This document shows, one piece after another, positions 57,957-64,000 of a DNA stretch of 64,000 nucleotides. Numbering within the stretch: the stretch's first letter is position 1; every line of letters begins with the position of its first letter. The stretch spans positions 1-64,000 of the forward strand of contig JBBQRQ010000009.1 in assembly GCA_038214755.1 (NCBI GenBank), given 5' to 3'. The position numbers and the translations under genes were made by a program. Under the pieces are notes generated by a model. The model had not been told where the DNA came from. It saw only the letters and a program-made list of their open reading frames with translations, and made no database searches. The DNA comes from Verrucomicrobiota bacterium (lineage in GTDB: Bacteria > Verrucomicrobiota > Verrucomicrobiia > Limisphaerales > CANJXF01).

Positions 57957-58259
57957 TTAGCGATTTGCATTGGCACGGCTCCAACGCCGGGCCGCAGCAC
58001 GGAAAGCCCCCTCGTGCTCCGGCCAATCGTGAAGCGTGGCCGGGTCGAAGTCGGCCCCACAGGGCCAAACGACGGTGTGAATCTCCGGGTCGAGCGTGAC
58101 CTGAGCGAAAGCCGCCGGGTCGCGGAGCGGGCCGTAAAGCTCGCCCTCAAGAATCGGCTCAAAATCAATGGTGCGCGCCAAACCATCGTTGAAGCGCAGA
58201 CGCAGTGAATACGGAGCGATGTGCTCGCAGGAGGTGATTCGGTAAATCGGATGGTTCAT
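57957..58259 (-). CDS. DUF2442 family antitoxin
   Basis: YSLRLRFNDG..IDF..GPLRD..F..V..TVVWPCGADFDPATL. Confidence 0.85.
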   Translation of the reverse strand: MNHPIYRITSCEHIAPYSLRLRFNDGLARTIDFEPILEGELYGPLRDPAAFAQVTLDPEIHTVVWPCGADFDPATLHDWPEHEGAFRAAARRWSRANANR

Positions 58260-58268
58260 GGCGCTACT

Positions 58269-58538
58269 CTACATCAAAGGAGTGATTGGGGAAGGCTTGC
58301 GGCCCTGTTCCAGAAGTGCCCAATCGGCCAGCAACTCTTCCTCGTGCAGCTCGGCCCACGCCTCGACGAGCCGCTGCTGGCGCTGCGCAATGACGCCGAT
58401 GATGAGCGTGACCGGCGAAATGGAAAAGACGGCAACGTGCTCACCGTAGTAAGCGTGGAAATGCGGAACGTGGTGGCGCTCCGAAGGCTCGGAGAACATC
58501 CGAATGATGATACCATAAAAGCGTGAGAGTTCGGGCAT
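58269..58538 (-). CDS. DUF4160 family toxin
   Basis: MPELSRFYGIIIRMF..HHVPHFHAYY..LVEAWAELHEEELLADW. Confidence 0.88.
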   Translation of the reverse strand: MPELSRFYGIIIRMFSEPSERHHVPHFHAYYGEHVAVFSISPVTLIIGVIAQRQQRLVEAWAELHEEELLADWALLEQGRKPSPITPLM

Positions 58539-58739
58539 GGCTTGCGATTCGGAGAGAGTTTATCGGCATCATTTCTTGGAGCAAGCGCGCAAACGCCTAA
58601 CCTATGATTTTTTTCAATTAAATTCACCGCCCATGAAAGCGTGTCTCGTCGAAATCTTTCAAATCGCCCAGGCGGGTTCTGCGACAAAGGATTCGAGAAC
58701 CTGAGAGTCTCTCTGCAACAGTCGAGGAAGACTTTATCC

Positions 58740-59033
58740 TCATTGGATTCGATGTTTCCAATAACCCGGCTCTCGACTACCGTGCGCTATGGCAACGATG
58801 AGAATAAAGTCTTCTTCGATCGTATAGAGAATGGCGTATGGGAAAAGGCGTGTGAGACGGCGACGCACATTTTGTTCGATCAAGCGCCAACGGTCAGGTG
58901 TCTCAAGAATTGTCTTGATCGCGGTTTCGACTTCTACGGTAAACGTTGCCCCAAGACCACGCCGGCGAGCCTCATAAAACGCGGCTGCTTCTCGGTACTC
59001 CAGGCGCGCCTCCGGGTGAAAGTCATATCTCAT
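58740..59033 (-). CDS. RelE/ParE family toxin
   Basis: FHPEARLE..FYE..GLG..RRRL..FPYAILY..IVAIAH..REPGYW. Confidence 0.88.
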   Translation of the reverse strand: MRYDFHPEARLEYREAAAFYEARRRGLGATFTVEVETAIKTILETPDRWRLIEQNVRRRLTRLFPYAILYTIEEDFILIVAIAHGSREPGYWKHRIQ

Positions 59034-59263
59034 CTTCCGACCAAACGGCGCACTTCAGCCAGCACCTGCTCTCCTGGTATCGGCTGGACGCGCCCGGATC
59101 GAACCTCGTCGCGGCGCCGAACTGCCTCTACGGCCCACAGTTTTTGTATCTCGTCCGTCTCTGCCTCATCCAAACTCTCGACCATCCGCTCTGCCAAAAG
59201 CGCCCGGGACGAAAAGGGAAGTTGCATCGCCTCTTCGGTAAGTTGGTCAACGGTCAATGACAT
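59030..59263 (-). CDS. Addiction-module antitoxin (TIGR02574-like)
   Basis: LP..RALLAER..SLD..W..E..RR....SGRV..IP; ATGA overlap with the toxin. Confidence 0.85.
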   Translation of the reverse strand: MSLTVDQLTEEAMQLPFSSRALLAERMVESLDEAETDEIQKLWAVEAVRRRDEVRSGRVQPIPGEQVLAEVRRLVGR

Positions 59264-59356
59264 GGGCAAAAGGTATTTGCTCGACGAAAAAACTCAAGCA
59301 CGCGATGGCGCGGTCTCGTGAAACAAAATTCTCTTCGCACCCGCCGGCGGCAGATG

Positions 59357-59830
59357 CTACCCAGCTCGGAAAAGCTCCGCGATTTCAATGCGCAAATCGG
59401 GAAGGAGTTTCTCGATCAGTGTTTCTTTGTTCGCCAGAATTTTTTGCAACGCCAGGCCGTAGGGACTGCCGTGATAAACTTCCACATTGTCGTAGCGCGG
59501 ATCGATCATCCAAAGGCGCGGCAGGCCGGTTTCTTCGTAAATCGATTTTTTCACCACGGTATCGAACCGATGATCGTCGGAATTGATAATCTCCGCCGCG
59601 AGCCAGAGTCGATTGTTGGCGGTGGTGACGATGGCGAGATCGGGCCGCACCAAAGTGCCGGGCGAAAGTTGGATCACGGAACGCGGTGAGAGCAAACGTG
59701 AACTGGGAATTTCGGTCAAACATTTCGCGATTTGCGCGTGCAAGTGGGAGCAAATTTTTTCGTGGCGCAAACCGGGGGCGCTGCGCAAAAAAGTTTCGCC
59801 TTCGAGAATCTCCTGATACGGCTTAGACAT
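59357..59830 (-). CDS. Uma2 family PD-(D/E)xK endonuclease
   Basis: EILEG..P...H, RPDLAI, AAEII, K...Y...G...LWMIDP. Confidence 0.8.
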   Translation of the reverse strand: MSKPYQEILEGETFLRSAPGLRHEKICSHLHAQIAKCLTEIPSSRLLSPRSVIQLSPGTLVRPDLAIVTTANNRLWLAAEIINSDDHRFDTVVKKSIYEETGLPRLWMIDPRYDNVEVYHGSPYGLALQKILANKETLIEKLLPDLRIEIAELFRAG

Positions 59831-62717
59831 TTTTCAGCACTTTTCGCAAAAAACGTCCGGTATGCGATCGCCGGTTGGCCGCGATTTCTTCGGGCGTCCC
59901 TTGCGCCACAATCTCTCCGCCCGCCGTGCCGCCTTCCGGCCCGAGATCGATTACCCAATCGGCTTCCGCAATCAAATCCAGATTGTGTTCAATCACGATG
60001 ACGGAATGGCCGGAATCGACGAGGCGCTGCAAAACCTCCACGAGCTTCCGCACGTCGGCCATGTGGAGACCAATCGTCGGTTCTTCGAGAATAAAAATGG
60101 ATGAACCTGGCTTGCGCGTCTCTCTTGCTAATTCCAGTTCCGCTTGTTTTTTGGTTTGAATTTTCGCGTCGAGCTTTTGATTTCTAAAACCGGAGAGCAA
60201 ATGCGTGACAAGTTTCATCCGCTGCGCCTCACCGCCGCTCAACGTCGGACTGGTTTGCCCGAGCTTGATGTAATCGAGTCCAGTATCGCGCAACGCTTCC
60301 AGGGGGCGGCGAATTCGCGTTTGCGCCGCAAAAAAATCAATCGCTTCCGCCACGCTGAGATCGAGAATTTGCGCAATATTTTTCCCGGCAAACTCGACAT
60401 CCAAAGTTTCTCGGTTGAAGCGACAGCCACCGCACGTTTCGCAACGCACAAACGCTGGCGGTAAAAAATTCATTTCCAGTTTGATCGTGCCCGCGCCCTC
60501 GCATTCGGGGCAGCGGCCTTGCGCGCTGTTGAAAGAAAATCGGCTCGCGGAATAGCCGCGCATCCGCGCTTCCGGCATTTGCGCGAACAGTTGGCGGATG
60601 TCATCGAAGAAACCGACATAGGTCGCAGGAATCGAACGCGGTGTCCGCCCAATCGGCGCTTGATCCACTTCGTAAACGGATTGGATGGATTCAAATCCGC
60701 GCAACTTCATGTTTTGCAAAGCAGGAGAATCCGCTGCGGAAGTTTTTTCGGCATTGTTTTTTTTTGATCTCACTTTGGCTTGAAGCATCGGCAATAAACA
60801 TTCGCGCACCAACGTGCTTTTGCCCGAGCCGCTCACGCCGGTGACGACGACAAATCGATTGAGCGGAAAACTCACGGAAAGATTTTTTAGATTGTGCACC
60901 GAAGCGTTTTGAAGCGTGAGCCAATAATTCGTAGCAGCCGAGGTGACGAGGCTCTGACTTTTTCCCCCACCAATTTTTTTTGAAGTGAGCCTCCTCACGT
61001 CGGCTCCTACAGAAACAGGCCGCCGTTTTCCCGAATGAGGGAAACATTTTTTCTCGCGCAAACAAGAGCCTGTGATCGAATCGCGATGGCGCATCAATTC
61101 TTTCAACGTGCCCGTTGCCACAATTTCTCCGCCGTGAACTCCCGCGCCGGGACCGAGATCAATCACGTGATCGGCGTGACGCATCGTCTCTTCATCATGC
61201 TCGACCACGACAAGCGAATTGCCGCGCGATTTCAGAATCTCCAGCGCGGAAAGAAGTTGTTCGTTGTCGCGGGCGTGCAGACCAATCGTCGGCTCGTCAA
61301 GAATGTAAAGCACCCCGCTAAGGTTTGAACCGAGTTGCGCCGCGAGGCGAATGCGTTGTGCTTCACCGCCGGACAAAGTCGTCGCGCCGCGCCCAAGTTG
61401 CAGATAACCCAAGCCGACTTCGCAAAGAAATTTCAGGCGCTCGCGAATCTCCGGCAAAATATCGCGGGCGATTTCCTTGTCGCGCCCTTTGAATTTCAAC
61501 GTGCAAAAGAATTTTAGCGCGCTATCCACGGAAGCGTTACCGATGTCGATGATCGTAGGGGAGGCTTCCAGCCTGCCCTTTTTGGGGGCTGCGTGATTTG
61601 TGCTCATGGAAGGAATGGGCAGGCTGGAAGCCTGCCCTACGTTTAACCGCACCGTTCGCGCCACGGGATTCAACCTGGCCCCATTGCACTCAGGGCAAAT
61701 CTCTCGTTTGCCTTCCTGCCATTCAAACCATGATTCCTCGATGGCGTCGGCGCGCGCGCCTCGCTCGACCTCCGGCAAATAAAAAAGTTCGCCGAAGCCG
61801 CGACACTTCGGACACCAGCCTTGCGAAGAATTGTAGCTAAAATTTTTCGGGTCCAGTTTCTCGAAGGATTGTCCGCACCCGGGACAAGCACGATGAATCG
61901 AGTGGATGGAAACTTTCTGATCGTTCGAGAGGGCGAACAAAGTCCCGTTTCCGAGACGCAATGCTTCGTCGATCAACTGTTGCGCAGTTTTGGAAAGGGG
62001 GGCAGAAGACTTGCCTATTTTTCGGAGGGGCAGGGGAGACGCCTGCCCTACTTTTTTATCGAGGATGCCGACGACGATTTCTACGTCGTGCTCGCGGAAA
62101 CGATCCAACCGAAGGCGTTCGCTGGTGGAATAGATTTTTCCATCCGCGCGCACTTCGGCATAGCCATGTTTGGCCGCCCAGGCAGCAACATCGGTGTGAA
62201 AACCTTTTCGGTTTTTCACGACCGGGGCGAGCAGCAGCAAATCGCCGCGCCGCTTCATTTCCTCGCGGAGTTTTTTTCCAAGTTGATCGCGGGTTTGCGC
62301 TTCGACCGGCAAATCGCAGTCGGGACAATATTGCGTTCCGAGCCGCGCGAAGAGCAGTCGAATGAAATGATAAATTTCCGTGACGGTCGCGACGGTGCTT
62401 TTTCCGCCGCCGCGCGAATTGCGTTGTTCGATGCTGACGGTCGGAGGAATGCCCGTGATCAAATCCACTTCCGGCCGCGAAAGTTGCTCGACGAATTGAC
62501 GAACATAAACGTTCATCGAATCCAGGAAACGCCGTTGGCCTTCGGCAAATAAAATGTCGAAAGCCAATGTGCTTTTGCCCGAGCCGCTGACGCCAGTGAT
62601 GACAACGAATTGATTTCGCGGAATCGAGACGGACAAATTTTTCAGATTGTGTTCGCGCGCGCCGTGAATGCGAATGGCGTTGTCGGAGGCCGCGAGAATT
62701 TTTCGTCCATTAATCAC
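59823..62717 (-). CDS. uvrA: Excinuclease ABC subunit A homologue
   Basis: GAREHNLKN, two TGVSGSGKSTL Walker A motifs, two LSGGEAQR signatures, CxxC zinc modules. Confidence 0.92.
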   Translation of the reverse strand: MINGRKILAASDNAIRIHGAREHNLKNLSVSIPRNQFVVITGVSGSGKSTLAFDILFAEGQRRFLDSMNVYVRQFVEQLSRPEVDLITGIPPTVSIEQRNSRGGGKSTVATVTEIYHFIRLLFARLGTQYCPDCDLPVEAQTRDQLGKKLREEMKRRGDLLLLAPVVKNRKGFHTDVAAWAAKHGYAEVRADGKIYSTSERLRLDRFREHDVEIVVGILDKKVGQASPLPLRKIGKSSAPLSKTAQQLIDEALRLGNGTLFALSNDQKVSIHSIHRACPGCGQSFEKLDPKNFSYNSSQGWCPKCRGFGELFYLPEVERGARADAIEESWFEWQEGKREICPECNGARLNPVARTVRLNVGQASSLPIPSMSTNHAAPKKGRLEASPTIIDIGNASVDSALKFFCTLKFKGRDKEIARDILPEIRERLKFLCEVGLGYLQLGRGATTLSGGEAQRIRLAAQLGSNLSGVLYILDEPTIGLHARDNEQLLSALEILKSRGNSLVVVEHDEETMRHADHVIDLGPGAGVHGGEIVATGTLKELMRHRDSITGSCLREKKCFPHSGKRRPVSVGADVRRLTSKKIGGGKSQSLVTSAATNYWLTLQNASVHNLKNLSVSFPLNRFVVVTGVSGSGKSTLVRECLLPMLQAKVRSKKNNAEKTSAADSPALQNMKLRGFESIQSVYEVDQAPIGRTPRSIPATYVGFFDDIRQLFAQMPEARMRGYSASRFSFNSAQGRCPECEGAGTIKLEMNFLPPAFVRCETCGGCRFNRETLDVEFAGKNIAQILDLSVAEAIDFFAAQTRIRRPLEALRDTGLDYIKLGQTSPTLSGGEAQRMKLVTHLLSGFRNQKLDAKIQTKKQAELELARETRKPGSSIFILEEPTIGLHMADVRKLVEVLQRLVDSGHSVIVIEHNLDLIAEADWVIDLGPEGGTAGGEIVAQGTPEEIAANRRSHTGRFLRKVLKNV
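60931..61010. repeat. REP-like element inside uvrA, in frame
   Basis: gtagcagccgaggtgacgaggctc / gagcctcctcacgtcggctcctac; encodes VGADVRRL...SLVTSAAT. Confidence 0.85.
61555..61640. repeat. REP-like element inside uvrA, in frame
   Basis: gtaggggaggcttccagcctgccc / gggcaggctggaagcctgccctac; encodes VGQASSLP...GRLEASPT. Confidence 0.88.
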
Positions 62718-62762
62718 CGGAAACTCTTAACATTCAAAAACGAATTCGCAAAATATCGCGCG

Positions 62763-62799
62763 AAAAAAAAAGCCGCTGAGAGCGAACACTCCCAGCGGC
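62763..62799 (-). terminator. Intrinsic terminator after the DUF3309 gene
   Basis: Minus strand gccgctgggagtgttcgctctcagcggc followed by T9. Confidence 0.8.
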
Positions 62800-62842
62800 C
62801 AGATGTTTGCTACGCCCGACTTGGGCGCGGCACCCAACGCAG

Positions 62843-63001
62843 TTATATTTTTCCCAACAAAACCAGAATCACGATGATGATCAGAATGGCACCGATTCCT
62901 CCGGTCGGCCCGTAGCCCCACGAGGAACTATATCCCCAAGTGGGAATGACTCCGAGGAGAATGAGTATCAACAGAATGATTAGAATTGTTCCCAGTGACA
63001 T
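62843..63001 (-). CDS. DUF3309 family small membrane protein (52 aa, absent from the ORF track)
   Basis: MSLGTILIILLILILLGVIPTWGYSSSWGYGPTGGIGAILIIIVILVLLGKI. Confidence 0.85.
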   Translation of the reverse strand: MSLGTILIILLILILLGVIPTWGYSSSWGYGPTGGIGAILIIIVILVLLGKI

Positions 63002-63036
63002 AATTGTTCCTTTCGAAAAACCGAATGACGGACGAT

Positions 63037-63357
63037 TTATTTTACAACCAAATCGTTTTTAACGGACTTCACGCCATTGACACTGCGCGCGATTTCGGCG
63101 GCGCGATTTTTCTGAGACATTGTATCCACGAAGCCACTCAACTGGACGCGACCGTTGTAACTTTCCACTTTGACGGCGAGGCCTTTGACATCTGGGTCGC
63201 CCAGAAGGTCGGCTTTGACTTTGGCGGTGACAGATTTGTCATCGATATAGGCTCCCGTGCTCCGATGGGTGCGATCTCCCGCGCAGCCGCTGTTGAAAAC
63301 GGCGATACCCAATCCCAAACAAACTACCAAACTGACGCTGGTTAATAATTTTTTCAT
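63037..63357 (-). CDS. BON-domain lipoprotein
   Basis: Lipobox SGC; IDDKSVTAKVKADL..VESYNGRVQLSGFV..GVKSVKNDL. Confidence 0.9.
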   Translation of the reverse strand: MKKLLTSVSLVVCLGLGIAVFNSGCAGDRTHRSTGAYIDDKSVTAKVKADLLGDPDVKGLAVKVESYNGRVQLSGFVDTMSQKNRAAEIARSVNGVKSVKNDLVVK

Positions 63358-63536
63358 ATTTTTTTCTACTGCGGCTGCTCTTTTTTTCCTGAAAAAATTT
63401 TTGAAAATATTGGCGCGGCCTGCAATCAGGGCGCGCCTGTTTGGTTTCGACTAGAAAGTAACGGAGGTGAAGTGAGGGATTCCTCGACCCGCGGGAGCAT
63501 CGCAATTTCTTATAAAATGATCGAACGCCGATTAAA

Positions 63537-63607
63537 GGAACGCCGATCTCCAGATCGGCATTGGAACAAGCTATTTTTCCGCGAGCCGATCAGGAGATCG
63601 GCGTTCC
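63537..63607. repeat. REP-like inverted repeat, same family as the inner element at 7390-7464
   Basis: ggaacgccgatctccagatcggc / gccgatcaggagatcggcgttcc. Confidence 0.85.
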
Positions 63608-63619
63608 GTTGCCTTGCCG

Positions 63620-64000
63620 TTACTCGCCCATCGGCGCGAAGGCGCGCAGGGCGTGACCCGTATGACTTTCGGCGTGCGCGGCGATGGATTCCGGCGTGCC
63701 GACGGCCACGATTTTTCCTCCGTCAACGCCGGCTTCCGGTCCCAGATCGATGGCCCAGTCCGCCGATTTTATCACATCCAGATTATGTTCGATGACGACG
63801 ACGGAATGACCGGCATCGACGAGGCGTTGGAAAACTTTCAGCAGCACCCGCACGTCATGAAAGTGCAAACCGGTCGTCGGCTCGTCGAAGAGAAACAACG
63901 TCGGTTTTTTTTGTCCGCTTTCCGCAACGTTGGCTTCGGCCAAATGACTGACCAATTTCAGGCGTTGGCTTTCCCCGCCCGAGAGCGTGTTGATCGGCTG
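63620..64000 (-). CDS. uvrA: C-terminal end of a second UvrA homologue (runs off the window)
   Basis: [45 protein letters not shown]. Confidence 0.88.
   Translation of the reverse strand, partial: QPINTLSGGESQRLKLVSHLAEANVAESGQKKPTLFLFDEPTTGLHFHDVRVLLKVFQRLVDAGHSVVVIEHNLDVIKSADWAIDLGPEAGVDGGKIVAVGTPESIAAHAESHTGHALRAFAPMGE

Noticed and set aside
58641..59321. 226-aa plus-strand ORF
   Set aside because: Antisense shadow of the RelE/ParE addiction module

Overview
Bacterial DNA, most likely Verrucomicrobiota subdivision 3 (Pedosphaera-like). This is inferred from pilin-like H-X9-DG proteins, GloVer-repeat, choice-of-anchor and PEP-CTERM proteins, and GTAG-type palindromic repeats. Main contents: (1) a pilin-like/lipoprotein/LamG-Ig gene triad followed by a phosphonate catabolic cluster (FAD oxidoreductase, phnA, phnY, pbfA-like; no phnW or transporter in the window); (2) about 35 kb of large secreted modular proteins, nine of which share a C-terminal 'F/Y-Y-R' domain, mixed with deacetylases and glycosidase-like genes; (3) a signal-peptide Rhs protein whose C-terminal cargo ends in LysM, next to a surface-type partner carrying a lone YD hairpin and a C-type lectin, with a VapBC-like module and a dead duplicate 5' end between them; (4) ispA, two more toxin-antitoxin pairs (one with integron-cassette-like ends), a Uma2 nuclease, and two co-oriented uvrA genes, one carrying in-frame palindromic-repeat insertions. 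No rRNA, tRNA, CRISPR array, integrase or transposase was recognised. All calls come from reading the sequence; no searches were run.
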